The notes beneath the pieces were generated by a model, which did not search any database, was not told where the DNA came from, and saw only the letters and a list, made by a program, of their open reading frames with translations. A DNA stretch of 63,430 nt, the filler included, from Platydemus manokwari (Eukaryota), in assembly GCA_037951405.1 (NCBI GenBank). It is 6 parts of 6 records of this genome, joined end to end, with 100 filler letters (N's around TTAATTAATTAA, not from the genome) between each part and the next. Parts side by side here need not be neighbours in the genome. Positions count along the whole stretch, not along the records: positions 22,921 to 32,388 come from JBBMOY011244986.1; positions 32,489 to 41,733 come from JBBMOY011277983.1; 4 more parts are not named here. One strand, given 5' to 3'. The translations under genes were made by a program, and so were the position numbers. Below are positions 26,401-39,950 of this stretch, one piece after another. How positions within the stretch are numbered: position 1 is the first letter of the stretch; every line of letters begins with the position of its first letter.

Positions 26401-29400
26401 AGTGAGTAATATGAACCATGGAATTGTACCGTGAATTGGTTACATTGTTATCATTATCATTGAAGTAATTTATTACAAGCAATCATTATTATTATTAAAC
26501 AATAATCAATGATATTAATAAATATTAGATTGCAATGTCCAAAGATGAAAAATTGATTATTGCATCGATTGATTGCATGCATGCAATGTTTGTGGCAAAT
26601 CTGTCAGGTAATTGTGGAGATTTGGAATTAGTAATCAGAATTGTTGAACTATTGGCTGATAATAATACGATTCGTTTACAATTATTGAGGCACGACAATT
26701 TCTTGGATGATTGCATGAATACAATTGAAGCGCGGTTAACAATATGTGATGATAAGAAGTTAGTTTAATCGTTATTTATTGATAAGATCGTTATTAATGA
26801 TGTAATTATTAATATGTTGTCATCCTATGTATTTAAGCTGTCAAAACATCTCAATTGAAATAATAATGAAATTATTTTTTTCAGTCATTCATCAGTGCTA
26901 TTGCAATTATTCACATTGATACACAATTTATTAATTAAATCAAAAAATTGTCCTGCCAGTGGTAAAGTCAAATCATTATGTCAAAGAATTGTGATGGCTG
27001 CATCGTATTTGTTATCCAGCAATCCAATTGCAGAGATGCGAAATGTTCTTGTGCAAATTCTTTCACAAATGCTCGTTGTTCTTCCTGATGATAAAGTAGA
27101 TGATTTATAAATAAAATCCCTTTCACACATTAATATCATTATATTTATATTTAGCTAAAAAGTTGGTGCGAAAATAATTCTTCTATTTCTTCATCAGATC
27201 CAGATAATATAAGCATGTGTAGATCATTATCTCGTCATTCATCTCTCACTGATATCGGTTATCTGGATAAGGTTTGTAAACCACTCAAGCTTTGTATCAC
27301 GATATTAGATGCACAAAATCACCCTTTATTGCCTAATGCTATCAAAATATTAGCATTAGCTTCTAAAGTTAATCAATCGGTTCGTTTTCTCTGTTGTGAT
27401 GTTCGTGAACGAGTACTCAAATTGCAATCTCTTTTATATCAAGAGAAAGAGCGTAAGAATCATTTTATTTATAAATAAGACTTAATTGATTTAATTATTT
27501 ATATTAAATTTTACTGATTCTTATTTTATAAATTTGTTTTGAAATATCATTTACAATTATTTTTTATTGATGGAAACTCAGATCTTGGTATAATTTCTCT
27601 CTCCATTGTTATCCGTACAATTTGAAATTGAGAAACTGGCCTTTAAACTACTTTCATGATAATGAATTTTCGCGCATGCGCTAATTTTATATATAATTGC
27701 GATATTTGATTTATTCGTATAATTCAGTTTATATCTCACTTTTTCGGATGCCTAATATGAACAAAATATTTTCAAAATCAAGTTCCTATTTTAATCACAA
27801 CATTTCGATATGATTATTTGAGTTTTTAATTTAAATTTAATTATAAATCGAATTAGTTAACTGCATACGTGTTTAATAAAATCATTGCTTATTTTTATAA
27901 AACAATTGTCAAAATTGAGTATCTCTCACTTAGCTTCTAATGTTAAAAAGAGTCCTTGCTAATTTTCAATAAATTATAATTAGATCTACGTTAATCTCTT
28001 TTTCAAATAATCAAATTTTTAGAGATTTAGCATTTAATATTAAATTTCAAGCAACTAAAATTCTTAAAGTAATTAAATAAAAATATCAAAATGTTTTTAA
28101 AGAATATAATTAAATAAAATATTTAGATTTTTGCAATACAATCGACTAATTTAAAATTTTTATTCGGGGCTCCTTTTCTTGACTTTGGCCGAATTTTCCA
28201 TTAAAACTGCTCCATTCAAGCACATTTTCATAACTTAATTAACATAGAATTTTTTTCTGAGTTTATTTTCATAGTAAAAAATAATAAAGTGCCACGCTTG
28301 TTGTAGAGTTTTAAGGACATTTTTAATAATTAGTTTTACTATTATGTCTCATTTCAAATCCATTTTCAATCAATCACTTTAAATCAGATTTTATGGCCTA
28401 TCAAGAATATCTTAAAATCAATTGATTGCTTCCACATACCCCATTAATTTTTCTAATTATTTCTCATATAAATTTATTGAAAAAATAATGACTTCTATTT
28501 CAGTGAATCAAATATAGTTTTATGGAAATCAAACATTATCTTTTTAAATAATTTGATTTTTATTTGTATAATATTTTTTCGATGATTCAACTTTGTCCTA
28601 ACAAAATTTAGATAAACTCAATATATATGGAGTACCACGACGAGCTCCTCTAACATAGTTTTACAAAGACTTGCACTTTCAAAATTTCCAAATTTTCTTC
28701 AATAAAAAGTTTAAATCGCCTTTAGTAATACGAAAGTATCATCCATTTAATTCATAACATTAGCAACTACTCAGATTTTATTGTCATAATTGTTATCACG
28801 AGATTTTCTGTGATTATTCGTCAACACTTTCATTTGATTTAAATAGTATATAATGGATGAATCTTTAAGATATATGGCGACTCCAGACGGTTTTGGGTTT
28901 ATAAAATTTCTTTATAATAAGGATGTGATTATTATTATTTTGACGTCGTGACACGGTTTAAATTGATTAGGTACATTCTAATAGAAAAAATCAATAATGA
29001 AAAGAATCTGAATTTTTAAATTTTTAGTAAATTTCACCATATTTTGTTTGAAGGGGTTCTCTCTATAATTTTTTTTTATTTGTTAACTTTTGTAATTATT
29101 TGAAAAATGTTTAGTTTCTTTCACATTACAATTTTTTATTTTTGATAAAAATTAATTTTATCGTTATAATTTAAAATGTATAGGAAATTTATTTATTCTG
29201 TTTTATGCTTGAGATGTTATGTATTTTAAATGAGTAGAAAAGTCAAATGAATTTCAATGGATCTTTTGGAATATTATATTTTTAGAATTAGATGAAGTGT
29301 TTTCCGGTAATATCTGTCTCCTTTTTATCAACTGTGTTAACGAAACTCCTCTTGCTGAACACTTATCCAATACTGGTATTATCAAAGATCTATTGCGGAT

Positions 29401-29545
29401 TTGTGCCGACGCCAACAAGACTGACTGTAGACGAAATGCAGCGATTTTTGCTGGTAACTTGGCCCAGTCGAACCATATACATAGAAATGAGCTTTCAAGA
29501 CTTAACGGTTTTAACATTATTTCAAAATTTAATTCTTGGTCTTAA
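23434..29545 (+). CDS. TTC12: Tetratricopeptide repeat protein 12 (TPR + ARM; axonemal dynein assembly factor)
   Basis: About 11 GT-AG exons (approx. 23434-23572, 23618-23657, 23701-23918, 23965-24245, 24564-24744, 24790-24930, 24982-25239, 26529-26758, 26885-27095, 27155-27452, 29286-29545). Signatures: RTVINK, EAFLKDLEKDAMERSKRK, three TPRs (LYTNRAQAYLK...ALSDCETALK) and C-terminal GNICL...NAAIFAGNLA...ELSRLNGFNII. Confidence 0.88.
25322..25923 (+). mobile_element. About 600-bp MITE with 25-bp imperfect TIRs, in a TTC12 intron
   Basis: Left end GGCTAAAGTTGAGAAAACGGGTCCT; reverse complement of right end GGCTTAGGTTAAGAAAATGGATCCT. Non-coding and multi-copy. The TSD is not clear. Confidence 0.8.
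27622..28190 (-). mobile_element. Inverted copy of the same MITE in the last TTC12 intron
   Basis: Reverse complement is collinear with 25322-25923 (e.g. aaaatcaagttcctatt vs aataggaacttgatttt; ttttgcaataca..tcgactaatt vs aattagtcga..tgtattgcaaaa). Ends ttttcttgactttggcc. Confidence 0.8.
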
Positions 29546-30719
29546 TAAAATAATTTTAAATTTTGTTTTTTTATTGTCATATATAAATAATATATTATAT
29601 ACAGATTCACTAGTGTATAATTCAAAATTATCAGTTAAACTTTATTAAACTTGAGTTGTAAAGAAGCTCATGACTGCATAACAAAAATTTTACCACTGAT
29701 ACGGTTACTGATATACTAAACCTCACCACCAACCCTAAATATTACATCAACACCGTACCAAATGCATCCGTGATAGTCAGCTAGCACTATTAGCAATACA
29801 ATTGTTAACTGATATTTATCTCAATGATGTTTTTTAACTCTTACTTTTAATATTTTGGCATTTCAATCTGCCGATTCAAACTCCGATGCTGAGTGCTTTC
29901 TAAGTTCATCGTTTCCGAATAAACTGATATCTTCGGTATTCATCACACTAGGCTCTAAAGTCCTCACCTAGCAATTGATAAAACTTTACAGTGGTTCCCA
30001 TGTACATCTATCTTCGCGCTAGCAATATCTGCAAAAAACGTTCCCCGACACGTTTATAAACAAATATGATCTCAAATTCCGACTAAATTTGCCATATTAT
30101 ATAATGATCATCGATGTATTGGCCTTCAGGCTATATTTGGTCTACCATAAGACCTTATAAATGCATCTGTCAAGTGAGATGAAATTCTGAGAAAAGAAAA
30201 ACGGATATGCATATTGGAATCCTAATTTAAGCCTGCCTACTCATCCATACAAGCACAGCAATCAACCAAGTATAGTGAAGTTTGATGATAAACGACACTT
30301 AAAAAAGGGATATAGCTAAACAACAACGCACACATCGGTTTGACCAATTCTACTCATGCAAAAACTTAAAAACCCAAATAGGACATGGAAAAGCAAATAT
30401 CGAATCAAAATATGATGCAACATAACACAAAACTTACACACAGATCGCGAATATAAAAATCGATGTAAAGATAACCAAATGTCAGTTTGAAGTCACGTTT
30501 CGGTTGATATTTTGTGCAGTATAGTTTGTGTAAGTGTACTGATTAGTACATAAGAAGTCAGTTTTAATTAATTGTTTAGAACTATTCAACACATCCTCTT
30601 CATCCATTAGAAATTTCCAACTTTTAATCGAAGACATCCGAACCCAATAACTAATCAACACGCTCATTGAGAAATTAATTCAAACCAAAATAATCGACAT
30701 AAACCGCCATACTTTTATG

Positions 30720-31070
30720 AAACCCAAACCAGTAATCGCCAACTTAAAAAATGGTTCAAAAACCTGACTATGATTTCCGTTTCAACATCTTGGATCCAGA
30801 AAAGTAGCATTTTGGTTGATTCACTGAAACAACTCAGATTGGAATTTGTACATAGTTTATATGTGAAAATATTTTTGCTTCATTGACCCAGAAATTTTCA
30901 TCATTGTTTTCCAAAAATCCCTCTAAAACAAGCCAGGTATTATTTTCCAAACCTCCTTGCAATTAAAACAATACTCAAACTCCACCAATTCATCATTTTC
31001 AAATTCCCAAAACAAGATATAAACACAGATGTAATCATTTCCTGATTCAGCATACACTTGATTATATAAT
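30720..31070 (+). mobile_element. Highly decayed LINE-like RT remnant (element probably extends about 29.7-31.8 kb)
   Basis: Only weak traces of the KNG..RPIS..S, QxG and KQG..Q..VIS..F..Y motif order, within a C/A-rich strand-biased block. Confidence 0.35.
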
Positions 31071-32388
31071 CTAATTCATACCCCAGTTCTCTACGAACTC
31101 CGTGACAAAATTAATGAGGTTATATCAAACACCGTGATATATGGCAAATATTTGTCCTCTAAATTACTTTCCACCTAACCATTACTTGTCTATGCAATAT
31201 TACTTCTTGAACTCGATTCCTTAGACTTTACCTATATTACCTCTACCTCTCATCAAGTAATATCCAATCTTGACCCAAACCATTTCATTTCCACCAAATT
31301 AAAATTAGACCGGATTTAATTCTTTAAAACCAAGGTAAGCGTCGAACTTGATAATTGATTTAAAAATACCATAAAAATGTCGAAACTTGAAATTTTGAAA
31401 AATATAAATCAATTACGATTCAAATTTGTGCAATATCACATTATGAAACGGCATTGGTCGTCATCAACATTGGCATATGAGGCTTCTGATATCACCATAA
31501 TGATAAAATTCTAAAATTTTCAGGACAAAATAATAAACACATTAAATTAATTTCATCAGTAATTATTACTGCCTTATTAAAAAACGTCTATACAACCTGT
31601 CGAGCCCATACCATAAATCTCTACAGTACTCCAAAATCACAATTTAACATTCACTCAGACATTCAATCTTTCAACTTTACCTGCTAATCCTACGACAACA
31701 AATTGAACATACTCTAAATCAGACTCAAACAACTTACCAATAGAAGATATCACAATTGAGCCAAATATCACTCTAACTAAAATTCCATGCCAGTCCAGTT
31801 AAAGGCATAAGTTGGTTACTCCAGTCTCGTATTGACTTGTCGTAAAAGTTACCATTGGAAGCGCAATGTGAAATTTATTGTCGAAGCAGATTGTTTTATC
31901 ATCCATATTCGGAAACCATCAATCAAAGCCTATATAATCAATTCTAAAGTCGATACGAGGGATTCTCCCACCACTTTGTTTAGAAATTTTTTTAGAAATA
32001 TATGTATTATGAAACATATTACATAATTATTTTAGAATTATCTCATAAATACATTTTTCTTTGAAATATATTCTTCTGTTTTATATGTCAAGTTTCTTAA
32101 TAAAAACTTTACAGGAAAATTTCTTTAATAAAATAAGTATAGTTCTTAAAAATTTTAGCAGTCCTCCATTTCAAATTTTTTATACTATTATATTTAAATT
32201 TGAAAACGTTTATTATTTTTATAAATTTATTTTAGATTTTTTATTAACAAATTTTTTCATTTTATCACACATTAAACATTTTTAAAATGTATGATTTTTT
32301 ATCACAAACATTTTATTTTATTTTAAGCAGTTAAATTCTAGTTATTTTATTCATATGTTCATTCATATTGGAATTTTCTATGTAATGA

Positions 32389-32488
32389 NNNNNNNNNNNN
32401 NNNNNNNNNNNNNNNNNNNNNNNNNNNNNNNNTTAATTAATTAANNNNNNNNNNNNNNNNNNNNNNNNNNNNNNNNNNNNNNNNNNNN
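32389..32488. other. Artificial contig spacer
   Basis: 44 N + TTAATTAATTAA + 44 N. Confidence 0.97.
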
Positions 32489-35341
32489 TTAAATTTATTC
32501 ATTGAAATACAAATTTTAACTCATTTTTGTAAAAGCCGGAATCATACTAATACACCTAATATAATCTCTGAAAATCAGTCAATTTCTGAGATACAAATTT
32601 CGTTTTTCCAATCATTTTAATTTTTTCGTTTCTGTGTGTTTCAACTCTTTCTGAAACTCTTTCATTACTTCTCGTAAATAATTTTCAAAATGATAGCTAT
32701 TATTATTTATTTTTAAATTTTCTTTTTCCATATCTTTAACAATATCTTTGGCTTTTTAGTTCCATTTTCAGTTAATATTGATCTTCTAACGCTTTCAATT
32801 GAGAATATTTATTACAAACCAATCGATAAAACCTCTATTTGCAACCATTTAAACAAAAATTAAAAATTTCTATAATAATTGAATTTCTGTTGATAGAAAA
32901 TTACAATTTATTGAGTCCTGCTTATACTACCGAATGTAAAGTAATGACTTTCCCATTCTTCAATGAGTGTAAAAAATAATTATAACCATTTGATGTCCAC
33001 AATCAGTAAAAATGAAATCTTTTAAAACAATCCGTTTTTAGCCAATTTATGTTTGCAATTTATAATTATTGAGTAATAATTATGTCATAACCTTTTCGTT
33101 CAGAAATCTCTCGATTTAATCCCGATTTATGTTTAATTAATGGTTTTCATAATCTAAGTTGTTTGGAGCCAAAAAGTTAGCAAAAGCTGATATTGATGTT
33201 GTTTGTAGATTCTTTTTAATCTGATCAGTTCATTACGATTGTCAAACGAAACTAATGCAAGATACCAATGAAAAGCTCTCAAAATGGATGATATATACAA
33301 ACTCCATGACCGCATGCGCTAATAGCCAATCAGATGTCTCCAAAATAACAAAACATTCCTAGTGCACATCAACAAAAGGCAACAAAGACTGAGATACCTT
33401 AATATCATGAGAGTGATAAAAGAATTTTGTAAGAAACTAATAAGTAGACTATTCCAAGGAATGAGAAAGGTTAAACCAACAGTTAAATAGACACAGCAGA
33501 TCGATAAACGAAGTCAAATTATGTTATCATTCTTTTATGTTATCATTCATTGGACAAATTTTTATGGTTGTTGTTTCTATTTCAGTTCTATCTTTTGGAT
33601 GCCGTTCCCATTTTGAACTGATTATTAGCTCTGTTACTGATTGTGATTTAGATTGCAAATATTGTCAGATAGATTTTGAGTGTAGCTTATAATTAAATAT
33701 AATATTCAGCCTCGGTGGATATCTAACACTAGGATAAAATTCCTTTACTCTTTCTTCCATTATTATTGAACTAATATTCCTTATCAGGATAATTATTTTT
33801 AAATATTTTTTATATCTTAATGATCAGTGTAGCCCAGTGGTCTATTAATTAGGATAAATTCCAGGGATTACTTTTGTTGTTTTAAAGAAAAACTTTTTTA
33901 TAATAAGTTAATTTTATAAGGAATATCTTTCTCCTTAAGCTTACCATTATTTAAGTAAGTTTACTCTTTTGTTACCGTTGTTTTGGTCACAAAAAAACCA
34001 AAACATTTACGAAAACCATAGAAATAACACTCAAAAGGTTTATACATACAGACTTGATTAACGCGCGCACCAATACCAAATCCGATTCTTCCGACATAAG
34101 AATCCATATTTAAAATTCAATAATCAAGCGGCAATTATCAACAACTGGCAAAAACATCCATTTTCGCCAATGTCATGAGAGATGTAAGAAAATATGTGAA
34201 AAACTCTATCGAGTGAAAAGCGAAACTCTGAGATATCGAGTGATCAAGTATTGTGCGTCCTTATCTAAGTTAGGTCAGGAGCAATCCTCGATCAGTATTC
34301 CAAATTTATACACGGACACGTTCCGTTATGTATTGTCGAACTTATATTTAAGGGTTTGACCTTGATTTTAAATTTTGTGTACAAAGCTTATACTTTCTAT
34401 TGATAATAAATCTTAGTGATCAACTTATCGTTTGGGGTCAGATATTGTTAAGACACGAGTATTTGTTGCGAAAAAAACTAACATGTATTTAAATATAAAA
34501 GTGATCTTCACGAGGTGGTGAGAGAATCCCTCATCTCGACTCTAAAATAAAATGTTTAATATTTTCTTATAGTTGTTGTTCCTGTTTCGAGCCAGCGACA
34601 GAGTTGGCGTGGTTCAGCTTCTGGGATATCAGATTTCTGAAGTTCCTAATTCGTTTTTGATTTTTCTTGGTTTTTTATTTTTTATGATTTTTGATTTTTT
34701 TCGTTAGGATGTTTCGAGAAGACCATAGATTTGCAGAGTAGATTTGTTAGAATTTAATTGATAATAATTTGATAAAAGTATTTCGTTTTACTTCGGTCAT
34801 TTATTTTCTTTGGCTCGTAGGTATCACAATTTGTAAGTGAGGCAGTTGATTGAAGACATTATTGTTGGGCTTCGAAGCAAAGCGAGTATAGCGCATCAAT
34901 ATGTGGCGATATCTTAATCAAAAATATAATGCAAGAAAAGTAAAGATAAATAATGTTAGAGTTTTTTCAATGGTAAATATTAACAATTAATTATAATGTT
35001 AATTAATTAAAAATAATTTTATAAGTTTAAAATTGTAATGAATAAAGTTTCTAACATATGGTGTGATGAGAAATAATTAAACTAATCATGAGAGTGATAT
35101 TGATGAATGAATCGATTTAATGTGAAAACGGTGATCATTGAAATGAAATGAATTAATAATACATTTTTTTAAGATTATGAATTAATAAGTTAATTTATTG
35201 ATGATATTTCTAAATTAGGTAAACCGATATAAATAGATATAAACAGATATAAATAAGGTGCATGTACTTTTTGTGTTAATGGTCGTGTTGGTCTTGGTCT
35301 GTCTTGTTTAGTGTGGGCTTCTTTTAGTAAAGCTGAAATAA

Positions 35342-38300
35342 TTAGAGAAGACAGAAAATTAATCCTATTGTCATCAAGACTTTGTCATTGTGTGGGTCCC
35401 AGGAGCCAAAGACTCCTACATTTAGTACACCTAACGTTGTTTGATGCCTATTAGTCAATGCTATTTGTTGGGTTAACGATTTATATTTATCATAATTAAG
35501 GGATCTATGTAGTTCAAAGTTAGTGTCCATATCAAATGGAAATTTTAAATCAATAATAAAAGTTTGCTTTTTAGAATTATTTCTTACAATTAAATCGGGT
35601 CTTAATTTAGTATTAATTTCAACTGGGGTAGAGTCAATGTCAGTGTCAATCTCGAGCGATTGTAAATATCTACATATAATGTCTAATATCATTGCATGGC
35701 GTTTACTAGATTTCCCTGGGACTATGGAGCAATAAATATTACATTTCCTGCAATTAATTGATTTATTAAATTTAATGTTTTTTGAGGGTTTCCCACTCAT
35801 TATAATGGGACATTTGGACTGCATCATGGAGTACATCAGATAATTTATGCCTATTGTCAACTGAAAAGAAATAAGTTTGATCATAACCAGTGGTCATCTT
35901 TATATGAATCTGAGATTCTTGATCAATAAAATTAATATTTATTTCAAACTTTCTAACTTAATTTTCTAATGACAATGGGTGTTTCAGGGATAGAATATTG
36001 TCACTTAACCAGGAAAGAGCGGTATCTAAATCATTTGAGTGAGATGGGCTCAATCTTTTATTAACTATATATAGTAAATGATCGATAATAAAATCTCTAA
36101 AAGGGTTATCGAGGCTGATTAAGTAACGGAAACAACAAACTATAGACTGGATACAATATTCTAAAAATGCGAGAATTAAACTCAAACCACCGAGTTTACG
36201 TGGTGAGTAGAAAAAAGGGTATGTTGGAAGATTGTAAGCCATTCATTCTAAGTATTTCTCTAGATAAAAATCTTAATTTCTTATCAAATGATTGTGACCT
36301 ATCGTCGTCATTGCCTTGAACTAAAGTGCGGGAGTCAAGTTGTATCGCTTTAACTTGTTGAATGCTAAAGTGAAAAAGCAGACGTGGATGTAGAAATGTA
36401 TTGTATGCCTGAAATTTTTGTGATGGGTGCAAACGTGATTTAAATATATACTCAAAGTCTGTAATTATCCCATTTAAAATATTAGAAATTGGGGTTCGTT
36501 TTGGTGATTCAAATGGGACTCCTAAATATTTATACATGTTTTCACTATCTACTATTGGGATTGAATCATATTCTAAGTTCAAATCTATCCTATTTGCGGG
36601 GTTATTAGTAAAATATCCACATTTTTGGGAATTAATTTTTACATTAATTGAGTCAGATAGGTGGTAAATATGATTAAGTCGATTTTCTAAATTCTCACCA
36701 GAATTTGCTATAATTACTATATTGTCGGCGTAAGCAAGTGTAGAAAATGGTAAACAATAAACTAATACGGGGTCATTTAATTCAGTAGAACCGGTAAATA
36801 AAAAGTCTATTGATAAACAAAAAAGGGTTATTTGATAGAAGATTACCAGAAATAATCAATTTTAATAACCTATTGTTTAATATAGTTGCGAATAGCCTAT
36901 ATGCTATGTCGTTGATTGCACTGGGTCTCCCGGAAGAAACTTTGTGTGAAGTCGCTTTTTTCCCTGTTTAATTATTAATGAAGTTTTACAAGATAATCAT
37001 TGGTTAGGAATTAATTTTGAGGGTAATATTTTATCAAATAAAGTTAATAAATATACATGCTGTGGGTCAATAGTGACCTAGTCTTTATATGTAATGCCAT
37101 CATTGCCCGGTGCAGAGTTTGATAACCCCTTAAATGCAAAATTTAATTCATCTATTGCTATTGGTTTAAGATTGGAGTTATCGTTAAACACTGTTAATTT
37201 TGAATTTAAACTATTAGTAATTGGCGGAGGTGGTGGTTTAGTAAAGTGTGCTATAATATTATCTATTGTGGGCAATGATGTAGGTGTGCATGATAGATGA
37301 GTTTGCCTTAATGTTTTATTAGGTTGTAGATTAAAATTCTGTCTTAACTTAAAATCTGATAACTCGGGCTAGCAAAATGTAAAACTGATGGTTTAATTAT
37401 TTGTTTAGCAGTAAAACGGGATGAGTCAACTAATTTTAAAGCAATACAAGCCATATTTAATATTTCCGTAAGATTGGGGTTATCATTTTCAATTAATTCA
37501 ATAGCGTCCACTAAAATTGAATGAATTATATTAGATGACGTAATATTATTATTTAAGTCTACCACAGTTGCTTTTGGGAATCGTTAATGAAAAAAGTAGC
37601 GGGATCTACGAAAAAGGAAGAAAATTTATTGGTATCAATAATATACAAGTTCCAATGTTGGTGATTCCAGTGAATCAATCAAAAAGCTATCTCCCAAGAG
37701 GCGAGGTACTTAAAAGGAAATGAATTATAAAAAGACTCAATATCACTATTTAAAATAGCAACTGTGGGTTGTGGTTTAATAAAAATTAATTTAGAGGGGT
37801 TGGGGAGTTTACATCTTATTTATGCCTCTATAACAGAACTGGATAGTCAGTCTATATTAATATCATTGGGGGCCAATTCTATATCCTCATAGGACTGTGG
37901 GGAGATTAAACTACTACTCGTTTATGCTCGTCTATGTGAATCTTAAAACTGGAGACGTTACCTATAAAACCGCAGTGACATAATATGGAAAAATCTATAG
38001 GAATATCTAAATTATGCTTATCCGTATAATGTTTAGGGACGTTCTTAGTGTTGGAGAACGGAAAGCAGTATGTTTTGTCACAGCGGGTACATGACGCGGA
38101 CTTATCATCGAGCATAATCATGTGGAGTGGATTAAAATATTTTCGGACCTTCCATATAAATTATTAGGGATTTTATCTGATTTTATGAGTGTCTGGGAGA
38201 CATCATCAGGGTCAACACTGGTATCAACTGTATTATTTAGGTCAACCTTACTATCATTATAAGTTAGAACTGGTGGGTTTGGAGTTATGTTTAAGTCATG

Positions 38301-38400
38301 TTCAACAGTTTGCGTAGATTGATTATTTAGGGTTTGGGTCGAAGTATCAACTTAATTTGAAGCTATTGGGGAAATAGTAGATAATTCCAAATCAATTAAC
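35342..38400 (-). mobile_element. NeSL-like non-LTR retrotransposon (ZnF - Ulp1 - RT - Zn knuckle - restriction-like endonuclease), internally deleted
   Basis: Zn fingers CTRC...HYTDKH and CHCG...HIDEH. Ulp1 remnant HWNLYIID...FVDPA..NCG. RT motifs SAPGNDGITY, LAYADNI, YKYLGVPF, RKLGGL. RLE: RHAMIL...LRPDLIV...IIDLKFPF...DKYKSL...VGVFGSWDPHND. Confidence 0.92.
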
Positions 38401-38579
38401 CTTTTATTTAAATTATTTGGAGACTCGAAATTGGATTTTTTTTAATTATAAATATAACATAATAACATATGAAAGTTACTTAAGTTATCGACGTTAATTT
38501 TTATTAAAATATTTAAAATAATATTTAAAATGACGTCATTTGTAGTATTATTCTTAAAATGGGGGATATGGATATATTG

Positions 38580-39950
38580 AAATTAATCTATTTTAATTAA
38601 CCTATTGTTAAGGATGGTTGGAAAAATCCTATATGAGGTATCGGTCAATGCTATGGGTCTCCATGAAGAAACTATATGACAGAGATTATCTTTACCCGGT
38701 TTTAAAAGAAGACTTGTTTTACATTTCTTTCTATTGGTCAAGTATAGTTTTATTGGCAAGGATTTTATTAAATAAATGTAATAAATAATTATAATTTGGA
38801 TCTAATTTATTTCAATCTTATACCATCGGTCCCTGGGGGAAAGTTAGATAAATTTTTTAGGCCATTACTTAGTTCTTCTAAGGTTATAGGTTTTAAATTA
38901 GAATTTTCTATCTCTATTGGTAATATTGGGTTAAAACTCGGCGATAGTGGTGGCGGTGCCGGTATTGTAAAATGTTCTATGATATTTTCTAATGTAGGTA
39001 GAGATAGCAAGGTAGATGATCGTAATAATTGTTATATTGTTTTCTTAGGTTGTTGCGTATATTGTTGTTTAAGCCGAAAGTCTTATGATTGTGCGACTTA
39101 AGGTGAAAGACTGACAGCTTGATTTATTGTTTACTTGCAAATCGTGTTGGGTTTATTGCGGAAAGTGCATAGTGTGAGTATGTGCGTGAGATTTGGTGAA
39201 TCATTTCCTAGAATTTTATCGCCTCCAGTATTAAAGGGTAGGAATTATTTGATTGGGTAATATTATTAATATTAATTACTTTTTTCGATTTTAAAATATT
39301 TGAAATTAATTTATTAATTTCAGTTCGAAGGTCGGCGTTGGGTGTGTGATATATATCAGACTGGGCACAGTAATTTATAATGTGTTAGACAATAAATAAA
39401 CCGCAGACTGTGTCATTAATTTGTTTTGGAAGATTAGGAATTAAACTTCTTTGAATTAATAAAATATTTAAATAAATTTTCGTTAAGTTTTCCAATAAAT
39501 TATTCCGAGTCGACCATAATCATTTTTTGGCCTCAGTTAGATAAATGGTGGCAGGGTCAATAAAATATGATGAGTTTTTATTTAAATCAACTATATATAA
39601 GTTCCAGTGGATGAGCCAAAATGCTAAGTTGGGGAATGGAAAAGTCTTATAAAAAAAATACTAAAGTCACGCATTAAAATGGCACTGGATTATTGGAGCT
39701 TAATAAAAATGTAATCTATTTGGTTAGGGTTCTTATATTTAATAAATGCCTCAATTGGGCCGATAAATTATACGGTGAGATTTGAATAACCTCATAAATC
39801 GAGTCAATGTCAGTATCTATGATTGGGGAAGAATTATGTTCGTCATTGTGGTTCTTAAATCTTTTTGCGTTATCTATATACCCACAATGACATAATATAG
39901 TAAACTCAGCTAGAATTTCTTTATTGTGTTTATCATTAAAGTGCTTAATG
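38580..39950 (-). mobile_element. Second, diverged, 3'-truncated copy of the NeSL-like element in tandem
   Basis: KHFNDKH...ILCHCGY. Ulp1 domain IHWNLYIVD...YFIDPA...PKQINDTVCGLF. Then LPTLENIIEHF, PPGTDGI, SLLLKPGKD and SSWRPIALTDTSYRIF. Confidence 0.88.

Noticed and set aside
30373-30390. cccaaataggac resembling a hammerhead ribozyme stem II
   Set aside because: No CTGANGA core upstream and no GAAA directly after the stem.
34100-34550. Short Gypsy integrase Zn-finger-like (RDVRKYVKN) and LINE-like traces
   Set aside because: Fragments are too short and degraded to delimit or classify reliably.
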